Assembly (NCBI GenBank): GCA_002762795.1 | Contig: PCYA01000017.1 | Location: forward strand, 801-64,800 | Direction: 5' to 3' | Source: Candidatus Woesearchaeota archaeon CG10_big_fil_rev_8_21_14_0_10_37_12 | GTDB taxonomy: Archaea; Nanobdellota; Nanobdellia; Woesearchaeales; ARS49 | Length of the DNA stretch: 64,000 bases | Shown: piece after piece, positions 19,654 to 29,030 of the stretch | How positions within the stretch are numbered: position 1 is the first letter of the stretch | How the letters are laid out: every line of letters begins with the position of its first letter | Notes under the pieces: model-generated | The model's input: the letters and a program-made list of their open reading frames with translations, nothing else | Told to the model about the DNA's origin: nothing | The model's database searches: none | Translations under genes and position numbers: made by a program

Positions 19654-20175
19654 GTGTTTCTTACAATTATGGAACCAAACTTGCTAGTAAAATATAGCTC
19701 ACAAAGCGGCTATTTGACAGGCAGATCCGAAGTACATGGAATTATCAATAGATTAGGAGATAAAAATAGTGAACAAGAATTGTTAGCTCCTGGGATTATG
19801 GCAGTGCAAACAGAACTTAAAGCACGCAAAGTAACAGAAGAACTAAGAGATATGTACGCAACTGATCCAGACTCAATAAGGCACACAACACTTTGGTTAC
19901 CGGTTGACAATTGGTGCGATGCAAGTGAGATAGCGATCAGAAAAAGTTTAGAAGAAGACATAAAACCATTGTTTACGGAAAGTGATCAATATAGAATTGA
20001 AATTTATTGTCACAAAGGAGAATTAACTGCAGAGAAACTGAAGCGGCTTGTTTTGCTTTTTTTGAAAGGAACAATTAACGAAGAAAACCCACAAAAAATA
20101 CTGCGCATGGACTTGTTTTTAGAGAATGTAGCAATAACAGTTATGCGGCCAAAAGATATTTTTTCAAGAGCGTAA
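19654..20175 (+). CDS. hypothetical protein
   Basis: 173 aa, no motif. Confidence 0.4.
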   Translation: MFLTIMEPNLLVKYSSQSGYLTGRSEVHGIINRLGDKNSEQELLAPGIMAVQTELKARKVTEELRDMYATDPDSIRHTTLWLPVDNWCDASEIAIRKSLEEDIKPLFTESDQYRIEIYCHKGELTAEKLKRLVLLFLKGTINEENPQKILRMDLFLENVAITVMRPKDIFSRA

Positions 20176-20184
20176 TTTGTTTAA

Positions 20185-20964
20185 TCAATCATATTGTTTC
20201 TTCTTTTTCTTCTTAATCAAATCTTTTCCAATTTCAACCTTTCCTTTCTGTTCTTTTTCACTTGTGATAATGTCTTCTTTTATTTCCTTGGCCTTTTTGA
20301 CTAAGTTCTTAGCAGTTCCACGCAATTCTTTTGCTTCATCCTCTCTTGCAACATTTGCTTTTTTGCGTAAATGCTTTGCTTCTTTTTGCATTTCCTTTAC
20401 TTTTTCAACAGACTTAACCTGCCAATACATTACAAGCCATCTCTCAACTAGCTGTGCAAGCGTCAAAAAAATTAACCATCCAAGAAACAGCACTATTGCT
20501 GCAAACAATAAAAACCAAGTAGAATTCAACTGCAAATATACAACGCAAGCAATCACATACGCTTGTACATTAACAGGCAGAGGAGATGCTAAGAAAAACA
20601 TAATATGTTTTGGGAGTGCATGAGTGAACGCGAAATAAAACAGCAGCAGGGCTTCAATAAGAATTATGCAAACAAGTAAAAGAGTTTCCCAGAAAAAAAG
20701 AAAATTTTCAAAAGATGCAGGGCGAGTATAGTGATATAATGTTCGCAGCAAATCAATGCCCACAAACAACAAAACAATTGTGTTGCCCAGCGCAGTATTC
20801 CAGCCAAGTTCTTCTTTTTTGTACAAGCCAAAATAAAAACTCATCACAAGCAAAGTAAAAAGCAAAGGGGCAGCAACCCACCACAATTCAGGCGCCAAAC
20901 GCGGTGCGTTTATTAAGATAAACAATTGCTCCAAAATTCTTTCTAAAAAAACATTTTCTAACAT
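20185..20964 (-). CDS. membrane protein with charged coiled-coil C-terminal tail
   Basis: 6 TM helices then a Lys/Glu-rich tail. Confidence 0.45.
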   Translation of the reverse strand: MLENVFLERILEQLFILINAPRLAPELWWVAAPLLFTLLVMSFYFGLYKKEELGWNTALGNTIVLLFVGIDLLRTLYHYTRPASFENFLFFWETLLLVCIILIEALLLFYFAFTHALPKHIMFFLASPLPVNVQAYVIACVVYLQLNSTWFLLFAAIVLFLGWLIFLTLAQLVERWLVMYWQVKSVEKVKEMQKEAKHLRKKANVAREDEAKELRGTAKNLVKKAKEIKEDIITSEKEQKGKVEIGKDLIKKKKKKQYD

Positions 20965-21041
20965 TCACACCTCTTTTAAATTGATAAAACACGCGTTGTA
21001 TTTAAATTTTTATCACAAATATGTTTAAATAGATACAGCAA

Positions 21042-21788
21042 ATGCTTCAAATCATGAAACTGATAATTGTTTTTTTGTTGTTAATTGCAACAGCGACAGC
21101 ATACACCATATCGGATTATCCTTCTTTTTTTGTACAAGATAACAAATTCAAAGCAGTGTATGTGATAGGAGAAGAAGCAGAATCATTGGATGTTGTGTCT
21201 GCAACAGAAATATCAACAGCACTTGCAAAATATCCCAACTTGACAATTACTATAGGAACATCAAAACTTGACTCAGAAATAACAGACATAAAAACATACA
21301 ATGCAATTGTTATTGGAAGCCCGTGCGATAACAGAGCAGCATATGATTTACAGGGAAATCCAGATCCTTGCTACAAAAATCTCGGAGGCAGCAGCGGTTA
21401 CATTGAGCTATATAGCAACAACGGAAGAACGCAGCTGCTTATAACAGGATTAACTGCAGAGGACAGATATGCTGCAGCAAAATTCCTTGCAACAAAAACA
21501 CTGACGAGTTTAAACACAAAACAATATATTATTTCAACAAACACAGGATCACGGCCACCATTTTTTGCACAAAAACCAAACAACAAAACAAAAACAACAC
21601 AACCAGTTGAAACACCGAAAACATCCAACGAGACAGTAGAGACTGCAAAGACACAAAAAACTCAAGAGCAACAAATACAACAAAAAAGAACTATTGAACC
21701 AGGACCTTATGAACCAATAGAAAAAATTCCTGAACAAAAAAGTTTTTTTGGAAAAATATTGCGGTGGATAACGAACTTATTCACTTAG
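21042..21788 (+). CDS. secreted hypothetical protein with Thr/Gln-rich linker
   Basis: Signal peptide, ~170-aa globular domain, T/Q/K-rich low-complexity region. Confidence 0.45.
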   Translation: MLQIMKLIIVFLLLIATATAYTISDYPSFFVQDNKFKAVYVIGEEAESLDVVSATEISTALAKYPNLTITIGTSKLDSEITDIKTYNAIVIGSPCDNRAAYDLQGNPDPCYKNLGGSSGYIELYSNNGRTQLLITGLTAEDRYAAAKFLATKTLTSLNTKQYIISTNTGSRPPFFAQKPNNKTKTTQPVETPKTSNETVETAKTQKTQEQQIQQKRTIEPGPYEPIEKIPEQKSFFGKILRWITNLFT

Positions 21789-21850
21789 CGTAAAGAAAAG
21801 AAACATTTTTAATAACTTAAACATTTTAATGAGTATAAAGAGGTGCTTTT

Positions 21851-22228
21851 ATGGCAAAAAGAAAATCGAAAAGGTCAAAATCAAGAAACATAGTAGCAAG
21901 CGCTGCAAAAACAACAAAAACCGATACGAAAAGCAGAGTGTACGCGTTCTTAGGAACTCTCCTGCCAGTTATTGGATGGATAATATCTTACTTTGCGTGT
22001 AAAGAAGATAAATACGCAAGTTATTATGGGCGACAAGGTACTTGGCTGCTTGTATGCGCAGTAGTGTTACACTTTGTGTTAATCTTCTCAATAATAGGTA
22101 TTGCACTCATCCCATTACTGTGGGTTATCGCAGTAATCTTATGGGTGATAGGAATTATCAACGCATTAAGCGGCAAAACAAGACCAATACCAATTACTGG
22201 CAGATTTGCAGAGAAGCTAAAACTTTAA
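21851..22228 (+). CDS. small basic-N-terminus membrane protein
   Basis: Basic N-terminus then 3 TM helices. Confidence 0.45.
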   Translation: MAKRKSKRSKSRNIVASAAKTTKTDTKSRVYAFLGTLLPVIGWIISYFACKEDKYASYYGRQGTWLLVCAVVLHFVLIFSIIGIALIPLLWVIAVILWVIGIINALSGKTRPIPITGRFAEKLKL

Positions 22229-22252
22229 TTTTTTCTTTTTACCTTATTTTTA

Positions 22253-22687
22253 TTGGTGTTTGTTATGAAAGAATTTGGCAAGAGAGCAAAAAGAGAATAT
22301 TCAGAAGAAATAAAAACAACTGCATCAGAAGCAACAATCCATTACAAACACGCTTTTCTTATTTTGCGCCTTGGTCTTGGGTTACTATTTTTCTGGTTTG
22401 GCATAGACAAACTAATTCACCCTGCAAATTGGCAACAATTCATACCTTCTTTTCTCGCATTTATTTCAAATGAAATGATTCTCCTTGCACAAGGAATAAT
22501 AGAAACAACTCTTGGACTGTTATTGCTTGCAGGAAAATTTATTCGGATTGCAGCATTTTTCACAGCGATTATTTTCGCACTTATGATTTTTATGTTTTTT
22601 ATGCAGGGAAACATTAACGGGACAATTGTTCACATAGCACTTATTTCATTAAGTATGGCTTTGCTTTTGGCAAGTGATACGAAGTAA
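22253..22687 (+). CDS. DoxX-like membrane protein
   Basis: 4 TM helices, LGLGLLFFWFGIDKL DoxX-like. Confidence 0.45.
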   Translation: MVFVMKEFGKRAKREYSEEIKTTASEATIHYKHAFLILRLGLGLLFFWFGIDKLIHPANWQQFIPSFLAFISNEMILLAQGIIETTLGLLLLAGKFIRIAAFFTAIIFALMIFMFFMQGNINGTIVHIALISLSMALLLASDTK

Positions 22688-22734
22688 AGCATATACAAAG
22701 TCAGAGGATTAATCGTAATCTTTAAATACCACAC

Positions 22735-23481
22735 TTGCTAACAAACATAAAAAAAGGTGACATGATGAATTTATTATCAATTGGAGGCAGTTCTATGAAT
22801 AAGAAAGCAAACTCAGGAATAGCGCTAGTTATATTCGGCGTTGTAGGAATAATAGCAGTTATAGGTCTTGTACTTTTGTTCACTCGTGCAAGCGCAGCAG
22901 GAGCAGCCGTTGGCAATTCTTATGGATGGCAAGGAGAGCAACGAGGTATTGCAGAAACGTATGAGCAAATACCGGGAGGATACTCTTACGCACCAGAACT
23001 TGTTTATCCAGGATATGACTTGCCACCAATCACTGCTGAAACAGCAGGCAGAACTCCAATTTATATCATTCGGGGAGCAAGAGGCTTAGAAAATATGCCG
23101 TCTTGCAACTATGATGTTGGTATTATAACTGGTATGGCTGCACCATCAGACTTGTTAAGTTGTTATGTTGTACCAACAAGTGGAAAGTCTCAGACAAGCG
23201 ATGCATCAGGAAATTTTAACAGAGCAAGCGCGGCAGAAATAAGAGAACCACATGGAACACTTGGACGAACAGGAGGACATGTTTTCTGCTACTTTAACAG
23301 TCCGGGATCAGCATATTATGATGAGGACATGGCGAGACAAACACTCAATCAAAAAATAAGATACAATCAACAATCAGGTAAAAAACCAGGTATCGCAAAT
23401 GTCTGGAGCTTTACATATGTTAACGGAGTAGAAGTGGCAGAATGCGGCAGCTCAACAGAGGCATACGTATTCCCACAATAA
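22735..23481 (+). CDS. secreted/anchored protein, possible class-III (pilin-like) signal, C-terminal YVFPQ
   Basis: MNKKANSGIALVIFGVVGIIAVIGLVLLF N-terminus (basic then hydrophobic), ends EAYVFPQ. Confidence 0.45.
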   Translation: MLTNIKKGDMMNLLSIGGSSMNKKANSGIALVIFGVVGIIAVIGLVLLFTRASAAGAAVGNSYGWQGEQRGIAETYEQIPGGYSYAPELVYPGYDLPPITAETAGRTPIYIIRGARGLENMPSCNYDVGIITGMAAPSDLLSCYVVPTSGKSQTSDASGNFNRASAAEIREPHGTLGRTGGHVFCYFNSPGSAYYDEDMARQTLNQKIRYNQQSGKKPGIANVWSFTYVNGVEVAECGSSTEAYVFPQ

Positions 23482-23491
23482 AGGTGATACT

Positions 23492-24022
23492 ATGAAAAAA
23501 GGAAACACAAAAGTCGGATTAACATTATTAGCAGCAGTAGCACTAACTGCACTAGCAGGATTAGTGTTTACGTTCACTGGAGTTAATGGTGTACAAGGAG
23601 CAGTAAGCATACAACCATCGACTGCACCATTAAATGCGCCATATTATGATGCTGGCAACACAGCAATTGTGCCGCAAAGAGAACCTCCACTCTACTTAAT
23701 TTTAGCTCCGAGAGATATGCCTATGCTTGAAGCAAAACGACTTTGCCAACAGCAAATAGCAGTGCAGGGCACTTCAAGATACGGACAATTAGAAGGGCAA
23801 ACAAGTTGTTTTGCAACAGAAGCACGATTGATTGAACAACTCAAAAATACTCCTGGAAACGAGCTTGACAGAACACTTCTTCGAGAAGGGAATTACTGGA
23901 GAGTTATGAGTTGTTTTGCACAGGGAACCATAACAAAAGAACACATTTTCCAACAAACAGGTTGGTCAGGAGTTCTGGGAATCCCTGTCTGTAAACTGGA
24001 ACCTTATGTGTTCGCACAATAA
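23492..24022 (+). CDS. secreted/anchored protein, possible class-III signal, C-terminal YVFAQ
   Basis: MKKGNTKVGLTLLAAVALTALAGLVF N-terminus, ends EPYVFAQ; 10-nt gap from the previous gene, SD aaaggtga. Confidence 0.45.
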   Translation: MKKGNTKVGLTLLAAVALTALAGLVFTFTGVNGVQGAVSIQPSTAPLNAPYYDAGNTAIVPQREPPLYLILAPRDMPMLEAKRLCQQQIAVQGTSRYGQLEGQTSCFATEARLIEQLKNTPGNELDRTLLREGNYWRVMSCFAQGTITKEHIFQQTGWSGVLGIPVCKLEPYVFAQ

Positions 24023-24054
24023 GTTTTTATTCTTTTCTTGTTTTCTATTTTACT

Positions 24055-24405
24055 ATGGCTGATTATAAACAAGTCATTCTTGTACGAAATGACTTAAAAC
24101 TAAGCAAGGGCAAAATGGCAGCACAAGCAAGCCATGCAAGTGTAGATGCAGTTCTCAAATCAGACGAAACACTTGTTAAAAAATGGAAACAGCAAGGCAT
24201 GCCTAAAATAGTTCTGAAAGTAGATAATGAAAAAGAGCTTATCAAATATTTTCAAAAAACAAAAGATGAAGGATTAATTGCTGTGTTAATCACAGATGCA
24301 GGTCATACTCACATTGCACCTGGAACAAAAACGTGCGTTGGCATAGGGCCAGATGACGAAGAAAAAATAGATCAAATCACTGGTGAATTGAAATTAATGA
24401 GTTAA
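24055..24405 (+). CDS. pth2: peptidyl-tRNA hydrolase, archaeal type (PTH2)
   Basis: KQVILVRNDLKLSKGKMAAQASHAS...GPDDEEKIDQITGELKLM; 116 aa. Confidence 0.9.
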   Translation: MADYKQVILVRNDLKLSKGKMAAQASHASVDAVLKSDETLVKKWKQQGMPKIVLKVDNEKELIKYFQKTKDEGLIAVLITDAGHTHIAPGTKTCVGIGPDDEEKIDQITGELKLMS

Positions 24406-24444
24406 TAGTAAACAGTTTGCAGAAGAAAATTTGAGGCAAGAGGA

Positions 24445-25323
24445 ATGAAATTTCTAATTATTGGAGATTTGCATGGAGCAAAACCAAAAATTTTTGTTAA
24501 GGATTTTGATGTAATAATTGCACCAGGAGATTTTTGTTCAGACGGGTTGCGCAAGTACATGTTTCAAGCACTAATAAAACGTATGAAAACTGACGAGGAT
24601 ATTGATTGGTATGATTTTATCTCAAGACAAAAAGCAAAACAAGCAATTCAAAAATCACTTCGTGATGGAAGAAAAATACTGAACTTCCTCAATTCATTTA
24701 ACAAACCTGTTTATGTCCTGCCGGGAAATTGGGACTGGACACCCCACGAAACAAAGTGGAAGTACCTTCAACAGAACCACTGGAAGAAAATTGTTGGTGA
24801 TCTGAAAAACATAAAAGACTGCCATTTTAAAAATGTCCAATTTAAAAAATTACAATTTGTTGGTCACGGTATTTCAAGCGGGCCAGAAAAATTAATTGTT
24901 TCAAAAAGACTTGAAAGCGAACAGGCATCTCTGTTCAAAGCGTATAATAAATATTTCAAAAAAATCAGTACGTTATTTATGCGTGCAAAAAAGAACAAAA
25001 AACCAGTCATTTTTCTGTCTCATAATGTGCCATATTATACGAAACTTGATAAAGTAATCAACAAGAAATCTCCTCGAAATGGTGAACATTGCGGGTCAAT
25101 CTTGGCACGAGAACTTATTTTAAAACACAAACCGCTTGTTTGCATAGGTGGGCACATGCACGAACATTTTGGTAAAGATAAAATTGGCAAAACAATTGTT
25201 ATTAATGCAGGATTTGGAAAAAATGTGAACACGCTGCTTGAAATTAAAAATGGAAAAATAACAAAACTTCAATTTTATCTGAACAAGAAAAAAACAAAAG
25301 AAAAACATGGACGGTATTGGTGA
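24445..25323 (+). CDS. calcineurin-like metallophosphoesterase
   Basis: GDLHG, PGDF, GNWDW, GHMHEHF metal-binding motifs. Confidence 0.7.
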   Translation: MKFLIIGDLHGAKPKIFVKDFDVIIAPGDFCSDGLRKYMFQALIKRMKTDEDIDWYDFISRQKAKQAIQKSLRDGRKILNFLNSFNKPVYVLPGNWDWTPHETKWKYLQQNHWKKIVGDLKNIKDCHFKNVQFKKLQFVGHGISSGPEKLIVSKRLESEQASLFKAYNKYFKKISTLFMRAKKNKKPVIFLSHNVPYYTKLDKVINKKSPRNGEHCGSILARELILKHKPLVCIGGHMHEHFGKDKIGKTIVINAGFGKNVNTLLEIKNGKITKLQFYLNKKKTKEKHGRYW

Positions 25324-25332
25324 GTAAGAGTT

Positions 25333-25767
25333 TTATTTAAGACTACCATAGAACTCGCTTGGTCTGTTTGCAGGGCGTTGATGCACACCAGATTTTACTT
25401 GCACATCTTTAACATCTGTAACGCCTGACAAATTTGTAGTAATTTTTGCTGCAAGTTCTCGTGCACGTCTTTCCAAGTCAGTATCGCCTTCAATCGTTAA
25501 AAGAATTTCAGGACTTCTTGATGCACCAGAAGTGTATGTTTTTGCACTATATGCAACTGCTGCTTGATCAACAGCTTGTGCAACAGTATCTAAATATCGT
25601 TGTCTTTCTGTACTTGTTCCTTCAACTTTAAATTCAAGAACAACAGCTCCAACAGGACTTGTTGTTTGTTCAAATGCCCAGTAGCCTTTAAAACCAGTGT
25701 CAGTGTCGTATCTGGTGTCTTTTTGTTCTGTAATCTCTGTTCTTGATAGTCTTGTTGAATTATTCAT
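25333..25767 (-). CDS. hypothetical protein
   Basis: 144 aa; strong SD acggggg upstream; composition looks GC-richer than average. Confidence 0.4.
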   Translation of the reverse strand: MNNSTRLSRTEITEQKDTRYDTDTGFKGYWAFEQTTSPVGAVVLEFKVEGTSTERQRYLDTVAQAVDQAAVAYSAKTYTSGASRSPEILLTIEGDTDLERRARELAAKITTNLSGVTDVKDVQVKSGVHQRPANRPSEFYGSLK

Positions 25768-25834
25768 TTTTACCCCCGTACGGGTTTATAGAATAAAGAA
25801 CTATATAAAGGTTTCTTAAATTGTCACTGGTTAG

Positions 25835-26785
25835 TTAAGAACTTCTTCGGTCGCCGTTGAATCTGCCTGTTGTTTTACCGTATGCTTTTCCAGCAGCAGC
25901 CAACAAACGAGTGGTATATTTTTTTAAACGGCTTGTTTCTGGCTTAATATGCAACGGAATTGGTCTTACTGATTCTCCAACTTCGACGATGCGAACTGCA
26001 TTTCGCTCGTGTTTGGAGTCAAGTAAAGCTTCGTCAGCAGCAGTTCGCAATCCAGCAAACCGCTCAAGCATATACGGTTCATCGCCGTGTTCAATACGGA
26101 TGACATCTTCTGCAGTAGGTTTCCATAATGCAACTCCGACGCTGATTGTAACGGGAATTCTCGCATTTTCTCCATATCTTAAACTATCGTGCTTGAATTC
26201 GTAGCCAGCAACACGTTCAACCAATTGTTTTGCACGATGATATGCGACTTCTGCAGGAGTATTGTACTTAGCCCTTTTTAAATCAATTTGGTCCATCACT
26301 GCAGCAAACTCATCACCGCCAATGTGACCCAGCGCATCACCTTTTCTTGCCCACGCTTCCATGTGTCTACCAAGTCCAATTATTACGTAATCGCCTGCAT
26401 CATGGCCATGATGATCATTAATTTGTTTAAATTTATCTCCGTCGAGAAAAACAACTGCAAGAGGTCTCCTTGTTTTTCTGTATTCTCGCATCCCTCTGCT
26501 TAATGCATTTGGACCAGCAACTTCTTGAAAATAGGTTTTGTTAAACAAGCCAGTCATAGGATCAATAGCAACTCTGCGTTCTAAGGCATAAACTTTTGCT
26601 TCTAAAGCTTCTTTTTGATATTTGAGGAGGTCTCTTTCTGTTGTAACTCTTCGTAAATCGCGTTCAGCAGTGTTAACCCACCAGCTATTAAATTCAGCAA
26701 CATCAGCAAGAGCTATGCGTTCTGCTAAGTGTCTGTCTTCTTTGTTTTGATATGCTTCGTAGGTTTCTTCACCCATTTTCTTCAC
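25835..26785 (-). CDS. GGDEF-domain diguanylate cyclase with N-terminal coiled-coil
   Basis: DPMTGLFNK...RPLAVVFLDGDKFKQINDHHGHDAGDYVI...RKGDALGHIGGDEFAAV: intact GGDEF active site and RxxD I-site five residues upstream; no TM or sensor domain. Confidence 0.85.
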   Translation of the reverse strand: MKKMGEETYEAYQNKEDRHLAERIALADVAEFNSWWVNTAERDLRRVTTERDLLKYQKEALEAKVYALERRVAIDPMTGLFNKTYFQEVAGPNALSRGMREYRKTRRPLAVVFLDGDKFKQINDHHGHDAGDYVIIGLGRHMEAWARKGDALGHIGGDEFAAVMDQIDLKRAKYNTPAEVAYHRAKQLVERVAGYEFKHDSLRYGENARIPVTISVGVALWKPTAEDVIRIEHGDEPYMLERFAGLRTAADEALLDSKHERNAVRIVEVGESVRPIPLHIKPETSRLKKYTTRLLAAAGKAYGKTTGRFNGDRRSS

Positions 26786-27014
26786 TCACTTTATTTGAGA
26801 GTTAGCAGGCTGTTTAAAAAACTTTCGCCATGTTACTACGAATAAGTGATTTTTCTAACATTGTTTCTTTTTTGTTGTTCTTTTGAGTATTCTTTTCCAC
26901 ATTTAAGACTCACTGAACTGTCTTTTATTGAATAAGAATCATCCTCGAAACATTTATAAAAGAAACTGCCTTTAAAAAGCAACGAGCCTGAACAGGGTGA
27001 AAAAAGGGGTATAA

Positions 27015-29030
27015 ATGCACAAGCGGGCACAGCTTACGATATTTATCATCATAGGCATAATTCTTCTTATCAGCATAGCAACAGTTGTCTACTTCACGCA
27101 GAAAAAAGCAACACAACCGCTGGAACACATAAGCCCTGTTCCAGAAGACGTTAAACCAGTTTATGATTACGTAACGACTTGTTTAAATCAAATAAGCAAA
27201 GATGGAATTAACTTGCTTGGAGCACAAGGCGGTCACATAAACATCCCGTCAATAATTGAACGGACACCAACAGCATACATTGCAAATGATCCAGCAGAAA
27301 TATCAAAACTCCCGCACTGGTATTATGAAGGAGAAGACAGAACACCAACGCTGGAATTCATGCAAACAGAGTTATCGAGATATGTTCGTGATAACTTGCC
27401 GGAATGTATTAACAACTTTGCAGCATTTCAACCAAGATATTCTATAAGACCAATCACTAACAGCGTTCCTGTTATAACAATTGCAGACGAAACAGTGCTT
27501 GTGCAACTCAATTGGATCCTTCAAGTTGACACTCCAGAACGAACAACACAAATTGAAACATTCATCACAAACCATCCAGTAAAACTCAAACAAGCATGGC
27601 AGCTTGCAAAAGATGTCATGGAAACAGAAAACAAAGAAGACTGGCTAGAAAACTTAACAATAGATTTCATGAGTGCGAACACAAACATACCAATAAGTGG
27701 AATGGAATTCAGTTGTGGAAGAAAAAGATGGCTGCTCAGTCAAGTAAAAAAAGAATTGCAAGACATGCTTTATTACAATGTTCCATACATAAGACTTGCG
27801 AACACAAATTTGCCCGAACCAATAGAATCAGAAAGAACATATGAAAACTTGAAAAAAGAAAAACAAAAAATTCACAATGATTTGTTGAAAGGAAATCAAC
27901 CAGACTGGCCAGAAGACACGCCAACAGATGCATATGAAATTAACAGAATGACATGGAATACGGGCACGAGAAAAACAGATCTTAAAGCAGCATTTCAATA
28001 CCAGCCGCAATGGACAATGCAATTAAACGCGCAACCAAACTCAGGAAATCAATTAGTAAGCGGTAAATTTCAAGGAGCACGAAAATACCTCAGATTCTTC
28101 TGCATAAATCAGTGGCATTTTACATACGATGTGATTTACCCAATAAAACTTGCAATCAAAGATGAAACTGCATTTTATGGAGATGGCTATTTGTTCCAAA
28201 TGAGCTTCCCTGTTATTATCCAAGATAATGCGCCAAGCAGAGCATACTATGGCCACAGACGATTTGATGATATAATAACAGACGGAGAATTCTGCACTAC
28301 ATTCAGCAACCAACGAGCAGACATCAGAGTCAGAGGTTTGGAAGAAGGCGCAATTTTTGCAGAAGAACTTGAAGAAGTAAACATAAGCTATTCATGCTTT
28401 AATCAATATTGCACATTAGGACAAACACGAGCAGACTCTGCAGGAATCATTCGCTTGCAAACATATCTTCCGCAAGGTTGCGGCAATCCAGTAATTCATG
28501 CAGAAAAAGAAGGTTATATTCCAGCGCAAATACATGCAACAGAAGAAAACGTTGAACTCACACTAACACAACTCAAAAAAATGAATTACACAATCATGGT
28601 TCACCCATACAATCCTGTAACAAACACATGGCTGGACAGTCAGATAACAACTATATCACCGACTAGAGATCCAACAAGAAAAGCAAGTATTGCAGTTATT
28701 GTAAACACAGCAGATTATGAGCAATACTATGAATATCCAAGCCCGCAAAACAATACTCAAGCAGATTTTGTATACGGAGATGCTAGATATGATCTTGATA
28801 TAATTTTGCTTAAAGGCGAAAACCCAATAGGCGGCTATCACGCAGAAAACATCAGCATAACATACGAAGAGGTTGCAGGAATGAATAATGCAATATTCCA
28901 TGTCATAGAATGGCAAGGTGCACTCGACAGAAACTTTGATCCGGTAAACATGTTTGAGTTCATCTACGAAACAGGAATGCACAGAGGCAAACAATACGCA
29001 GAAGTACTCAAACCAACATTCACACCATGA
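27015..29030 (+). CDS. large N-terminally anchored extracellular protein
   Basis: 671 aa, one N-terminal TM helix, many N-glycosylation sequons and paired Cys; stop overlaps the next start (ATGA). Confidence 0.6.
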   Translation: MHKRAQLTIFIIIGIILLISIATVVYFTQKKATQPLEHISPVPEDVKPVYDYVTTCLNQISKDGINLLGAQGGHINIPSIIERTPTAYIANDPAEISKLPHWYYEGEDRTPTLEFMQTELSRYVRDNLPECINNFAAFQPRYSIRPITNSVPVITIADETVLVQLNWILQVDTPERTTQIETFITNHPVKLKQAWQLAKDVMETENKEDWLENLTIDFMSANTNIPISGMEFSCGRKRWLLSQVKKELQDMLYYNVPYIRLANTNLPEPIESERTYENLKKEKQKIHNDLLKGNQPDWPEDTPTDAYEINRMTWNTGTRKTDLKAAFQYQPQWTMQLNAQPNSGNQLVSGKFQGARKYLRFFCINQWHFTYDVIYPIKLAIKDETAFYGDGYLFQMSFPVIIQDNAPSRAYYGHRRFDDIITDGEFCTTFSNQRADIRVRGLEEGAIFAEELEEVNISYSCFNQYCTLGQTRADSAGIIRLQTYLPQGCGNPVIHAEKEGYIPAQIHATEENVELTLTQLKKMNYTIMVHPYNPVTNTWLDSQITTISPTRDPTRKASIAVIVNTADYEQYYEYPSPQNNTQADFVYGDARYDLDIILLKGENPIGGYHAENISITYEEVAGMNNAIFHVIEWQGALDRNFDPVNMFEFIYETGMHRGKQYAEVLKPTFTP

